NCBI RefSeq assembly: GCF_000189295.2
Contig: NC_016803.1
Span: forward strand, 1,560,001 to 1,592,000
Source of the DNA: Pseudodesulfovibrio mercurii
GTDB taxonomy: Bacteria; Desulfobacterota; Desulfovibrionia; Desulfovibrionales; Desulfovibrionaceae
Reading direction: 5' to 3'
DNA length: 32,000 bases
Part shown: in pieces, positions 13,225-22,485 of the stretch
Numbering within the stretch: the first letter of the stretch is position 1
How the letters are laid out: every line of letters begins with the position of its first letter
Notes under the pieces: model-generated
Told to the model about the DNA's origin: nothing
The model's database searches: none
Seen by the model: the letters and a program-made list of their open reading frames with translations, nothing else
Program-made: the position numbers and the translations under genes

Positions 13225-15195
13225 ATGAAATGCTCTCGACTGCTGCTGCTCATCGGACTGTTCGTCGCGCTCTGCGCCACGCCGTCCCTCGCCCAGGACG
13301 GGGACGGCAAAACCCAGGACAAGGCCGAGTACACCCTCGGTGAAGTCGTTGTCAGCGACTCGTCCAGCGTCCTGGAGAAATCGACCACGGTGACGGAGAT
13401 CACCGGAGAGGAACTGAAGAACGCCGGGGCCCTGACCCTGGCCGACGCCTTCAAGATGGTGCCCGGCGTGACCACCCGCACCGCGGCCGACGGCACCTGC
13501 CGCATCGACATCCGCGGCATGCGCACCCGGAACATCAAGCTGCTGCTCAACGGCATCCCGTTCCAGTCCGTGCTGGACGGCCAGTTCGACCCGGACGCCA
13601 TCCCGGTGGAGAACATCGCCCGCATCAAGATCACCCGCGGCGCGTCCTCGGTGCTCTACGGCAACGACGGCAACGCGGGCGTCATCGACATCATCACCAA
13701 GAAGGGTACCAAGGATTTTAAGGGAACGGCCGGCGCCATGGCCGGCCAGGGCGATCTCTACAAGCTCCAGACCACCATCGCGGGCGGCATGGACAAGCTG
13801 GACTACTACATGGGGGCCAGCTACCTGACGCGCAACGGCTACCCGGTCTCCTCGGACTTCGACAATACCCTTTACCAGGACTCGGACCTGCGCAAAAACA
13901 GCGACCGCGAACACGTCAACGTGCTCGGCAACATGACCTACCAGGCCAGCGACAGCACCAGCTTCGGCGCGGTCCTCAACCTGTTCGAGGGTGAGTACGG
14001 CAAGCCGCCGTCCACCATCAAGGGCAGCGCCACCGACCCGTTCGCCAAGACGCCCAAGTACGAGCGCGTCCTGGACTACAGCGGCGCGGACGCGCAACTG
14101 GCCATGAACCACGAGTTCAACAAGACCGTGGACACCCGGTTGATGATCTACGCCAGCCGCGAGTACAACGAGACCTCGCGCTACGACGACGACAACTACG
14201 ACACCCAGACCAAGAAGGGCTCGTTCCACAGCAAGTCCACGTCCACCACCCTGGGCCTGAACAACCAGTGGGGCTACAACACCGACTCCTTCGGCCGGTT
14301 CGTCCTGGGCCTCATCGGCGAGCGCCAGAACTGGAGCGAGAACGGCTTCACCCGGATCAACAACACCACGTCCGGGCCGCTCGACGCCGACGAGACCCTG
14401 AGCAACTACGTCGTCGCCCTCCAGGACGACGTGTCGCCGCTCAATGACCTCCAGGTCTCCCTCGGCCTCAGCCTCAACGGCCAGGCCCGGAGCTACAAGA
14501 CGTTGAACACCTACTCCTACGTGCTGGCGGCCAATTACCAGCTCTTCGAGGGCACCAACATCAAGGCCTCCCAGGCCCGCAAGATCCGCAACCCCTCGAT
14601 CCAGAACCTGTATGACTCCGTCGCGGGCAACGCCGATCTGACCAACGAGATCAACTGGCTGTACGAGGTGGGCATCTCCCAGGCCCTGCCCCTGGCCTCC
14701 ACCCTGGACTTCACCGTGTTCCGGAACGATTCCGAGAACTACATCGAAAAAGTGGGCGACGTTTACCAGAACCACGACAAGTACCTCTTCCAGGGCTTCG
14801 AGACCACCCTGTCCTCCCGCCTGGCGGAAGGACTGTCCACCCAGTTGGGCTACACCTACCTGGACAGCCAGAACCTCTCGGACGACGCCCAGACGCACAA
14901 GCTGCAATACCGGCCGCGCCACAAGATCACCGCCCAAGGCACCTGGGTGGCCCCCACGAAGACCACGATCTTCGCCGGGTGGCGCTTCTTCTCCGACCAG
15001 TGGACCATCGAAGGGTCCGAGACCAAGCACATGCCCGACTACGGGCTGGTGGACATCAAGATCAGCCAGGCGTTCACGGACGCCCTGTCAGTCTACGTCG
15101 GCGCGGACAACCTGTTCGACGTGGACTACGAAGAGTCCTACGGCTTCGCCCGGCCCGGGCGCGTCGTCTACACGGGGCTGGACTACACGTTCTAG
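13225..15195 (+). CDS. TonB-dependent outer-membrane receptor (small, BtuB/CirA size class)
   Basis: Trimmed from ORF 13051-15195 to the ATG at 13225 with GAGGAA 5 nt upstream, giving 656 aa. Signal peptide MKCSRLLLLIGLFVALCATPSLA. TonB-box-like GEVVVS. Plug motifs IDIRGM and VLYGNDGNAGVIDIITKKG. Barrel end GRVVYTGLDYTF with terminal Phe. Confidence 0.9.
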   Translation: MKCSRLLLLIGLFVALCATPSLAQDGDGKTQDKAEYTLGEVVVSDSSSVLEKSTTVTEITGEELKNAGALTLADAFKMVPGVTTRTAADGTCRIDIRGMRTRNIKLLLNGIPFQSVLDGQFDPDAIPVENIARIKITRGASSVLYGNDGNAGVIDIITKKGTKDFKGTAGAMAGQGDLYKLQTTIAGGMDKLDYYMGASYLTRNGYPVSSDFDNTLYQDSDLRKNSDREHVNVLGNMTYQASDSTSFGAVLNLFEGEYGKPPSTIKGSATDPFAKTPKYERVLDYSGADAQLAMNHEFNKTVDTRLMIYASREYNETSRYDDDNYDTQTKKGSFHSKSTSTTLGLNNQWGYNTDSFGRFVLGLIGERQNWSENGFTRINNTTSGPLDADETLSNYVVALQDDVSPLNDLQVSLGLSLNGQARSYKTLNTYSYVLAANYQLFEGTNIKASQARKIRNPSIQNLYDSVAGNADLTNEINWLYEVGISQALPLASTLDFTVFRNDSENYIEKVGDVYQNHDKYLFQGFETTLSSRLAEGLSTQLGYTYLDSQNLSDDAQTHKLQYRPRHKITAQGTWVAPTKTTIFAGWRFFSDQWTIEGSETKHMPDYGLVDIKISQAFTDALSVYVGADNLFDVDYEESYGFARPGRVVYTGLDYTF

Positions 15196-15220
15196 CCCGC
15201 CGGGGAGCGTCCAGGAGCAT

Positions 15221-16564
15221 ATGTCGGCACATCTGCGCCTGCGGGAACTGAGCATACGGTTCAACGACCGAACACCGCCGGTCCTCACCGGAGTCAATCT
15301 CTCGGTGGGGGCCGGCGAATGCCATTGCATCGTCGGTCCCACCGGAAGCGGCAAGTCCAGCCTCCTGCTGGCCGCCGCGGGCCTGCTCCCCCCCGAGGCC
15401 CTGAACGGGGCGATGGAGCGCACCGGACGGGCCGGCACCGTGTTCCAGAATCCCGGCACCCAGATCCTCTTCGACCACGTGGGTCCTGAGACCGCCTTCG
15501 CCCTGGAGAACGCGGGCGTCGATCCCGCCGCCATGCCGGACAAGGTCGCCCGCGCCCTGGCCGAGGCGGATCTGCCCGTGCCCACCCACACCCCGACCTC
15601 CAGCCTGTCCATGGGACGCCAGTACCGCCTGGTCCTGGCCGGGGCCCTGGTCACGGAACCGGGGCTGCTCCTGCTCGACGAGCCCTGCGCCCAGCTCGAC
15701 CCGGACGGCTGCCGCGCCGTGGCCGGGGTGGTGGACGCCGTCCTGAAGCGGGGCGGCGGCGTGCTCCTGTGCGAGCACCGGCCCGATCCCCTGGCGGCGC
15801 ACATCACCCACTGGTGGCGCATCGAGGACCACGGGCTGCGCCCGTCCGAGCCGGTCCTCGCCCCGGCCCCGCCGCCGCGCGCGGCGAACCGGCCGACCGA
15901 CGGGACCGGACCGGCCCTGCTGGAGGTCTGGGACCTGTCCCTCCGGCGGGGGGACCACCAGGTCTTTTCCGGCCTCGACCTGACCATCCGGCCGGGCGAG
16001 GCCGTGCACGTGGAGGGCGGCAACGGCAGCGGCAAGTCCACCCTGACCCGCATCCTGGCCGGGTTCCTGGCCCCGGACGCGGGCACCGCGACCCTGTTCG
16101 ACCAGCCCGTGGCCCCGGCCCGGCTGCGCGGCCGGGTGGGCCTGGTCCTGCAAAGCCCTTCCAGCCAGCTCTTCGAGGACACGGTCCTGCGCGAGCTGGC
16201 CTACGCGGCCCGGCGCAAGGGACTGGACGACCCCGAGGGCCGGGCCCGGTGCGCGGCCAAGGCGCTGGGCATCAGCGACCTGCTGGACCGCGCCCCGTTC
16301 CTGCTCAGCTACGGCCAGCAGCGGCTGACCGCCCTGGGGGCGTGCCTGACCCAGGAGCCGGACCTGCTCCTGCTGGACGACCCCTTCGCCGGGCTGGACC
16401 GGGAGGCCCGCGAGCGGGTCCACGGCGTGCTCGACGCGGAGCGCGCCCGGCGCGGCATGGCCGTGCTGGTCACGGGTCACAACCCGACCTCTTCCCTTCG
16501 TTTCGCCGATTTCTATACCCGCGAGCTGCGGATTTCAGGGGGCCGTCTTGAACCCGTGGCCTGA
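15221..16564 (+). CDS. Fused double ABC ATPase (EcfA/CbiO-like A-A fusion)
   Basis: 447 aa with AGGAG upstream. NBD1 has GPTGSGKSS, LSMGRQ, LLLLDEP and CEH. NBD2 has GGNGSGKST, LSYGQQ, LLLLDDP and TGH. It is followed by an EcfT-like gene rather than a type I/II permease. Confidence 0.8.
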   Translation: MSAHLRLRELSIRFNDRTPPVLTGVNLSVGAGECHCIVGPTGSGKSSLLLAAAGLLPPEALNGAMERTGRAGTVFQNPGTQILFDHVGPETAFALENAGVDPAAMPDKVARALAEADLPVPTHTPTSSLSMGRQYRLVLAGALVTEPGLLLLDEPCAQLDPDGCRAVAGVVDAVLKRGGGVLLCEHRPDPLAAHITHWWRIEDHGLRPSEPVLAPAPPPRAANRPTDGTGPALLEVWDLSLRRGDHQVFSGLDLTIRPGEAVHVEGGNGSGKSTLTRILAGFLAPDAGTATLFDQPVAPARLRGRVGLVLQSPSSQLFEDTVLRELAYAARRKGLDDPEGRARCAAKALGISDLLDRAPFLLSYGQQRLTALGACLTQEPDLLLLDDPFAGLDREARERVHGVLDAERARRGMAVLVTGHNPTSSLRFADFYTRELRISGGRLEPVA

Positions 16565-17249
16565 ACCGTCCGCGCGCCCGGCCCGCTTCAGGCCCCCGGC
16601 CTGGCTCATGCTCATCCTCTGCCCGGTGCTGTCGCTCCTGGCCGTGGTCTGGCACGGACCGTGGTCCATGCCGGTCCTGGCCGTGATCGAGGGCGGGCTG
16701 CTGCTGATCTCGCGGCCCGGCCCGCGCCGTCTGCTGCGCCTGGCCATGGCCTGCTTCTGGCAGATCGCGGTGGTCACGGGGCTGTACTGCCTGCGCTTCG
16801 GCCCAGGCGAGTGGCGCGGCGGACTGGACGTGTCCCTGCGCCTGATCCTGGTCTTCGTGCCGGGCATGCTGACCGTCCGCCTGGTGCCCCCGGCCGCCCT
16901 GGAACGGATCCTCAAGCGCATCCTGCCCGGCAACCTGCCCTTCGTGGCCGCCTGCTGCCTGCGCTTCTTCCCCCTGCTCATCGAACGCGTGCGCGTCATC
17001 CACGAGGCCCAGGTCCTACGCGGGGCGCGGGTGCTGCCGCGCGAATTGCTCAACCCGCGCAACTGGCCCGACGCCGTGTCCTGCATCGGCCTGCCCGCCG
17101 TGCTGCAAAGCATCGAGCTGGCCACGGAGATCGCGGACAGCGCCAAGGCCAGGGGGTTCTCCATGCGCGGCAACCGCACGGCCTGGCCCCTTGACGAAGC
17201 ACAACGCCACGCGGAGGCCGAGGCCGCCGCAGAGGAGTCCCTCCCTTGA
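16548..17249 (+). CDS. ECF transporter T component (EcfT/CbiQ-like)
   Basis: 233 aa with TTG start at 16548 after AGGGGG; an alternative ATG lies at 16608. Overlaps the ATPase gene by 17 nt. Five or so hydrophobic helices. Two Ala-Arg-Gly-type coupling motifs (AQVLRGAR and SAKARGFS), characteristic of T components. Confidence 0.7.
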   Translation: MNPWPEPSARPARFRPPAWLMLILCPVLSLLAVVWHGPWSMPVLAVIEGGLLLISRPGPRRLLRLAMACFWQIAVVTGLYCLRFGPGEWRGGLDVSLRLILVFVPGMLTVRLVPPAALERILKRILPGNLPFVAACCLRFFPLLIERVRVIHEAQVLRGARVLPRELLNPRNWPDAVSCIGLPAVLQSIELATEIADSAKARGFSMRGNRTAWPLDEAQRHAEAEAAAEESLP

Positions 17250-17812
17250 CCGACAACGCCCCTTACAACGGTCCCTCCACCGCCCTGCGGGACACCCTGC
17301 TCATGGGCTTCTGCGCCCTGTTCCTGCTGGCCACCAAGATGGTCCTGCGCCTGAACCTGGGCATTCCGGGCCACGCCATGTTCTTCACCATCTTCTTCCT
17401 GATCCTGCCCAGGGCGGTGACCGGGCTGAAGTTCGCGGCCACGGCCACGGGTCTGGCGGCGGGCCTGGCCTCGGTGCTGCTCGGCATGGGCAAGGGCGGC
17501 CCCCTGCTGCTGCTCAAGTTCCTGTTCCCGTCCCTGTGCGTGGACCTGGCCTTCCTGTTCTTTCCCGGCCTGGGCGGCTCGCTGCTCTTCTGCGCCCTGG
17601 TCGGATTCATCGCGGCCGCCACCCGCATCATCGGCGTGGCGGTCACGGACTGGCTGGTGGGCATGGACCCCGAGATCATCATGGCCCACGCCTTCCTCAA
17701 GACCCTCGGCGGCGCCCTGTTCGGGGCGCTGGGCGGCCTGGCCGTCGCACCCATCATCCGTAAACTCAAGGCACGGGGCCTTCTCCCCGCGACCCCACAA
17801 CCAAGAGGCTGA
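17246..17812 (+). CDS. Small six-helix integral membrane protein; candidate ECF substrate-capture (S) component of unknown family
   Basis: 188 aa. The TTG start at 17246 overlaps the upstream TGA (TTGA) and AGAGGAG lies 8 nt upstream. I count six hydrophobic segments. Size and position after A and T genes fit an S component. It lacks the CbiM/NikM MHIxxG N-terminus. Confidence 0.5.
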   Translation: MTDNAPYNGPSTALRDTLLMGFCALFLLATKMVLRLNLGIPGHAMFFTIFFLILPRAVTGLKFAATATGLAAGLASVLLGMGKGGPLLLLKFLFPSLCVDLAFLFFPGLGGSLLFCALVGFIAAATRIIGVAVTDWLVGMDPEIIMAHAFLKTLGGALFGALGGLAVAPIIRKLKARGLLPATPQPRG

Positions 17813-17813
17813 C

Positions 17814-18548
17814 ATGCGCTACTATCTCTGCATCGACGACACCGACAACCTGGAGACCAAGGGCACCGGCTGGCTGGCCGAACAGGCCTGCAACGAGATG
17901 AAGGACCTGGGGCTGGGCTCGTTCTCGGCCATCAGCCGCCACCAGCTCTTCGTCCACGAGGACGTGCCCTACACCTCGCACAACAGCTCCATGTGCATGG
18001 AGATGGAGGAGTGCGGCGACCCCGAGGCGGTCATCCGCTACATGCAGGCCTTCCTCGAACGCAACGGCGCGCCCGGCTCCGACCCCGGCCTGTGTCTGGT
18101 CCCCGAGACCCTGTCCGGCGAGGCCAGGGAGCGGCTCATCCGCTTCGGCAACGACGCCAAGTGCACGGTGCTGAACAAGGGACTGGCCTACGGCTTGGCC
18201 GGTGAGCTGGGCGTGCACCTGTCCGAGCACGGCGGCACGGGCGACGGCGTGGTCGGCGCCCTGGCGGGCGTGGGCTTGCGCATGGGCGGCCAGGACGGCC
18301 GCTACCGGAGCTGGATGCACCTGGGGCCCGACGGCACGGTCATGCCCGCGGGCGAGGTCGCCCGGCTGTGCGGGGCCCATCACGTCCAGGACGAGGCGGA
18401 CGCGGTCCTGGCCGACGAGACCCCGGTCCTGCTCCAGGAGCAGATCAAGCTCATCCGCCGCCACGGCCAGGCCGTGCTCCTGGCCCGCCCCGACAACGGG
18501 AACGGGACCATGCGCCTGCTGCACAAGAAGGAATTGAAGATTTACTGA
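17814..18548 (+). CDS. Soluble protein with TiaS N-terminal kinase-domain-like motifs (IDDTD...T18); function unknown
   Basis: 244 aa with ATG at 17814 and AAGAGG upstream, 2 nt after the previous stop. The N-terminus MRYYLCIDDTDNLETKGTGWL and the later GTGDGVVGALAGVG resemble remembered archaeal TiaS (MRVWVGIDDTDSSRGMCTTYL ... GRGLIGALAAVG). No signal peptide or transmembrane segment. Confidence 0.45.
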   Translation: MRYYLCIDDTDNLETKGTGWLAEQACNEMKDLGLGSFSAISRHQLFVHEDVPYTSHNSSMCMEMEECGDPEAVIRYMQAFLERNGAPGSDPGLCLVPETLSGEARERLIRFGNDAKCTVLNKGLAYGLAGELGVHLSEHGGTGDGVVGALAGVGLRMGGQDGRYRSWMHLGPDGTVMPAGEVARLCGAHHVQDEADAVLADETPVLLQEQIKLIRRHGQAVLLARPDNGNGTMRLLHKKELKIY

Positions 18549-18589
18549 GTCAACGGCCGCAGCCCGGCCCCAGCCCGCAAGGATGTGCC

Positions 18590-19426
18590 ATGAAGACCCG
18601 CCTCCGCCTGTTCGCCGCTCTGTTCCTCCTGCTCCCGCTCTGCGCGGGAGTCCTGGCCGAGCGCCCCGCCCACGCTGGGGACGAGGCTATCCCGGCCGCA
18701 CGGACGCGGGTGGAGGATTCGGCGCGCCGTGCCGGGACCGCCGGGGTCCGGGCCGAGAAATGGGCCGCCGAGCGCGAAGGCCTGCTCGACGAGGCCCGCC
18801 AGCTGCTTTACGACACCGAGGCGGACCGTTTCGCCGTGGCCCGGCAGGAGGCGTACATCGCCCGCGAACGGGCGGACATCAAGGAGCTCGGGGAACGCAC
18901 GGACGCGGCCCTGGCCACCCGGCGCGATCTGGACCGGGTCATGGAGACCCTCTACGCGGCCCTGGTCCGGGCGCGTGACCGGGACCTGCCCTTTGCCGAG
19001 GACGAGCGGAGGGCCAGGCTGGCCGCCCTGCGCCGGACCCTGGACGACCCCGACGCCCCGTCCGGCGAAAAGCTCGGCCGTCTGCTGGAGGCCCTGCGCA
19101 TGGAGGCGGGCTACAGCCTCGACGTGGAGGCCGAGGACGCGGTCATGCAGGTGCGCGGCGCGCCCATGGCCGTGACCGTGCTGCGCGCGGGCAGGCTGGC
19201 CCTGCTGCGCATGCCCGCCTCGGGCGCGTGGGTCGAACGGTTCGAACCGGCCTCGGCCGAGTGGGTCGAACTGCCCGGAGCCGACGGCCGCGAGCTGGTC
19301 AAGGCGGTGCAGATAGCCCGCAAGCAGCGCATCGCGGAGCTGATCTACCTGCCCGTGGGCCACGGAGCCCAGCCGACCGAATCGCAGTCCGCCGCCCAAA
19401 CCGCACAGACCGGGGAGGCGCAATGA
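18590..19426 (+). CDS. Periplasmic coiled-coil protein, DUF3450/TtpB-like first gene of a TonB2-type cluster
   Basis: Trimmed from ORF 18368-19426 to the ATG at 18590 with AAGGA upstream, giving 278 aa. Signal peptide MKTRLRLFAALFLLLPLCAGVLA. The central region is charged and heptad-like. The assignment rests on position and size immediately before a TtpC-like gene. Confidence 0.6.
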   Translation: MKTRLRLFAALFLLLPLCAGVLAERPAHAGDEAIPAARTRVEDSARRAGTAGVRAEKWAAEREGLLDEARQLLYDTEADRFAVARQEAYIARERADIKELGERTDAALATRRDLDRVMETLYAALVRARDRDLPFAEDERRARLAALRRTLDDPDAPSGEKLGRLLEALRMEAGYSLDVEAEDAVMQVRGAPMAVTVLRAGRLALLRMPASGAWVERFEPASAEWVELPGADGRELVKAVQIARKQRIAELIYLPVGHGAQPTESQSAAQTAQTGEAQ

Positions 19427-20868
19427 TCCGCCTTGCCCGCCGCCCGATTGTTTTTCCGATCCTCCGCCTGCGGCTCTGCCCGGCCCTGTGGCTGCTCCTC
19501 TGTCTCGCCGTGGCCGTTCCGGTCCTGGCCCGAACGGCTCGCGCGGCGGACGACGCCACAGCCCGCCTGGACGGCCTGGCCCGGGACATGACGGCCCGGA
19601 CCGGGGCCGTGAACAAACTCCTCGACCTGGACCGCGATCAACTCCGCACAAAGGTGGCCGCCCTGCGCAAGGCCCGCGACGCAGAGCGGGCCCGGCTGGA
19701 CAAGGCCGTGGCCGAACTGGCCCGGCTGCGCGGCGAGCGCGCGGAGCTGGCCGCCCGATACGACGCCGTGGCCGGGGAGATGCGCGCGGTGGAGGACGCG
19801 GTCCGGTCCAACGCGGCCCAGGCCCGCACCCTGCTCGCGGCGAGCGCCCTGACCTCCCTGGTTCCGGACCGCCTGGCCCCCCTGGACCGCGTGGCCCGGT
19901 CCCGCGACTTTCCCGGCCTCCCGACCATCACCGGTCTGGGAGGGCTGCTCCTGGACGAGATCCGCTCCGGAGCCACCGCCGAGACGCGGCCGGGGACCTT
20001 CCTCGGCCCGGACGGCCGGACGCGGACCGGCGGCCTGCTGCGCGCGGGCAGCCTGTTTCTCGGAGCCCGCGACGAGGACGGCCGGACCTGCCTGCTGACT
20101 CCCGGCTCCACGCCGCCGCAGGCCGTGGCCGCCACGCCCGGCGAGGCGGAAAAGGCCATGGCCGCCTGGGCCGACGGCGCGGGGCAGGTCCTGCCCGTGG
20201 ACCCGTCCCACGGCGCGGCCCTGTCCCTGCTTCAGGCCCGGCGCACCCTGGACGACTGGGTCCAGGGCGGCGGCCTGCTCCTGTGGCCCATCCTGGTCAT
20301 CGGCCTGGCCGCCCTGCTGGTGGTCTTCTACAAGGGCGCGCGCCTGTTCCTGGCCCGGCCCTGCCCCAGGGATTTCGCTCTGCGGTTGCGCACGGCCTGG
20401 GACGCGGACGGCCCGTCCGGTCTGACCCGGCTGCTGAAATCCCTGCCGCGCACCCCGGCGGCGCGGGTCCTGCTCTGGGCCGCTCCCGACGCCGACCCGG
20501 AGCTCCGGGACAAACGGCTCCAGGAGGGGTTCCTGGCCGAGCTGCACCGGCTGGAAAGCGGGCTGGGCTTCATCGCGGTCATGGCCGCCGTGGCCCCGCT
20601 CCTCGGCCTGCTCGGCACGGTCACGGGCATGATCGACTCCTTCCAGGCCGTGACCGTGTTCGGCACGGCCAACCCCCGGATCATGTCCAGCGGCATCAGC
20701 GAGGCGCTGATCACCACCCAGGCAGGCCTCGGCGTGGCCATCCCGGCCATGCTCCTGCACCAGTTCCTCAAGCAGCGAGTCCAGGGGCTGGCCTCGGACA
20801 TGGAGCAGCAGTGCGCGGCCTTCCAGGCCCTGCTCGCCGCGAACCCGGACAAGGACGGCGCGGCATGA
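19423..20868 (+). CDS. MotA/TolQ/ExbB-family proton-channel protein with a long N-terminal periplasmic coiled-coil domain (TtpC-like)
   Basis: Trimmed to the ATG at 19423, which forms an ATGA overlap and has GGGGAGG upstream, giving 481 aa. N-terminal signal/anchor, then a soluble region of about 250 aa. The C-terminus carries the family signature APLLGLLGTVTGMIDSF...GISEALITTQAGL. Confidence 0.8.
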   Translation: MIRLARRPIVFPILRLRLCPALWLLLCLAVAVPVLARTARAADDATARLDGLARDMTARTGAVNKLLDLDRDQLRTKVAALRKARDAERARLDKAVAELARLRGERAELAARYDAVAGEMRAVEDAVRSNAAQARTLLAASALTSLVPDRLAPLDRVARSRDFPGLPTITGLGGLLLDEIRSGATAETRPGTFLGPDGRTRTGGLLRAGSLFLGARDEDGRTCLLTPGSTPPQAVAATPGEAEKAMAAWADGAGQVLPVDPSHGAALSLLQARRTLDDWVQGGGLLLWPILVIGLAALLVVFYKGARLFLARPCPRDFALRLRTAWDADGPSGLTRLLKSLPRTPAARVLLWAAPDADPELRDKRLQEGFLAELHRLESGLGFIAVMAAVAPLLGLLGTVTGMIDSFQAVTVFGTANPRIMSSGISEALITTQAGLGVAIPAMLLHQFLKQRVQGLASDMEQQCAAFQALLAANPDKDGAA

Positions 20869-21410
20869 CCGGCCTGCTGCGGACCGTGCTCGACTTCGTC
20901 CACGCGGGCGGCGCGACCATGGCGCCCCTGCTGCTGTGCTGCCTGGCCATGTGGTATCTCATCCTGCGCGCCTGGCTCGACCTCCTGCCCGCATCGGCGG
21001 GCGGCCTGCGGGCCGAGCTGGAACAGACCTTCGCCCGGCTCTGCCCCGGCCCCGGTCCGGGGGACGCCGACCTGGCCGACGCCCTGGCCGAGGGCGTGCG
21101 CGCCCGTACCCGGCGCAGGCTCTCCCTGGCCGCCGTGTTCGCGGCCGCCGCCCCCCTGCTCGGCCTGCTCGGCACGGTCACGGGCATGATCGAGACCTTC
21201 GACGGCGTGGCCCGCTTCGGCTCGGCCTCGCCCCAGGTCCTGTCCTCGGGCATCAGCCAGGCCATGATCTCCACCCAGACCGGCCTGGTGGTGGCCGTGC
21301 CCGGCCTCATCGCCGTGTATTTCCTGCGCCGCCGCGCCCTGCGCCTGCACATCCGCCCGGAACGCGCACGCCCCGCCGTCCACGCCGTGACCGGAGGCGT
21401 CGCGCCATGA
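20865..21410 (+). CDS. exbB: ExbB-type proton-channel protein (short form)
   Basis: ATG at 20865 (ATGA overlap), 181 aa. Signature APLLGLLGTVTGMIETF...GISQAMISTQTGL. Confidence 0.85.
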   Translation: MTGLLRTVLDFVHAGGATMAPLLLCCLAMWYLILRAWLDLLPASAGGLRAELEQTFARLCPGPGPGDADLADALAEGVRARTRRRLSLAAVFAAAAPLLGLLGTVTGMIETFDGVARFGSASPQVLSSGISQAMISTQTGLVVAVPGLIAVYFLRRRALRLHIRPERARPAVHAVTGGVAP

Positions 21411-21844
21411 GAATCCTGCGCCGCGCCCAACGCGACGAGTCCGTGGACATCAACGTCGCCCCCATGGTGGACATGATCTTCATCCTGCTCATCTTCTTCC
21501 TGGCCACGGCCAGCTTCGTGCGCGAGAGCGGTGTGGACGTGCAGCGGCCTGCGGCGGCCAGCGCCGAGACCTCGGCGGACGAGGCCCTGATTATCGGGGT
21601 CACCGCCCAGGGCGCGCTGTCCATCGAGGGCGAGCGGCTGGACATCCGGGCCCTGCGCCCGCGCATGGAGCGGTTCGTGGCCGAACGCCCGGGCGGGCCC
21701 GTGGTCGTGGTCGCGGACCGGGACTGCCCCACGGGCATCACCGTGCGCGTGCTCGACGCCTGCCGTCTGGCCGGGGTGCGCTCGGTCAGCCTGGGGGCGC
21801 GGGCCGTGAAGGACGGATACGCTCCGGCCGGGGCGGCCCCATGA
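21407..21844 (+). CDS. exbD: ExbD/TolR-family biopolymer transport protein
   Basis: ATG at 21407 (ATGA overlap, GGAGG upstream), 145 aa. INVAPMVDMIFILLIFFL membrane anchor, typical of ExbD. Confidence 0.9.
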   Translation: MRILRRAQRDESVDINVAPMVDMIFILLIFFLATASFVRESGVDVQRPAAASAETSADEALIIGVTAQGALSIEGERLDIRALRPRMERFVAERPGGPVVVVADRDCPTGITVRVLDACRLAGVRSVSLGARAVKDGYAPAGAAP

Positions 21845-22485
21845 CCATGGGCAAGCCGCTGATCGCCCTGACGGGCGCGACGGCCGTGACCCTGGCCTTC
21901 TGCCTGCTCATCCCCCTGCTCGGCACGGTGCGCCACGCGGACGCCCCCATACTCCGGGACGACCCCGTGCCCGTGGCGGCCATGCCGCCCGAGACAAGAC
22001 ATCCGACCGAGGCGGGCGCGCCGGGCAGCATGGCCCGCGCCCTGCCGAGCGCGCCCCGGACACCGGCCGCGCCCCTGACCCTGCCAGCCTTGCAGGGACC
22101 GTCCGACATGCCCCTCCCGGCCCTGGAAGGGGAGCCCGAGTCCCTGGGATTGTCCATGAACGCGCCCGAGGGGCCTGGAGCCGTGCCCGCCGGGCCGGGC
22201 GACCCCGTCTTCGACCAGCCGCCGCGCGTGCTGACCCGGCTGGACCCGTACTATCCGGCGTCCGCCCGGCGCACCGGCACCCAGGGCCACGTCCTGGTCC
22301 GGGCCCTGGTGGACGAATACGGCCGGGTGACCGAGACCGAGGTGGTCGAGTCCGAACCGGCGGGCGTGTTCGACGAGGCGGCCCTCAAGGCCGTGCGCGG
22401 CTGGACCTTTGCCCCGGCCCGGCGCCGGGGAGAGCCCGTGGCCGTGCGCATCGACATCCCCATACGCTTCAGGCTGGACCGATGA
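21841..22485 (+). CDS. tonB: TonB energy transducer
   Basis: 214 aa (ATGA overlap). N-terminal anchor, Pro-rich linker, and a C-terminal domain YPASARRTGTQGHVLVRALVDEYGRV...AALKAVRGWTFAPA. Confidence 0.85.
   Translation: MTMGKPLIALTGATAVTLAFCLLIPLLGTVRHADAPILRDDPVPVAAMPPETRHPTEAGAPGSMARALPSAPRTPAAPLTLPALQGPSDMPLPALEGEPESLGLSMNAPEGPGAVPAGPGDPVFDQPPRVLTRLDPYYPASARRTGTQGHVLVRALVDEYGRVTETEVVESEPAGVFDEAALKAVRGWTFAPARRRGEPVAVRIDIPIRFRLDR

Noticed and set aside
13177-15030. 617-aa minus-strand ORF antisense to the TonB-dependent receptor
   Set aside because: Gly/Val/Ala/Arg-rich shadow ORF. The plus-strand frame has a signal peptide, TonB box, plug motifs and a terminal Phe.
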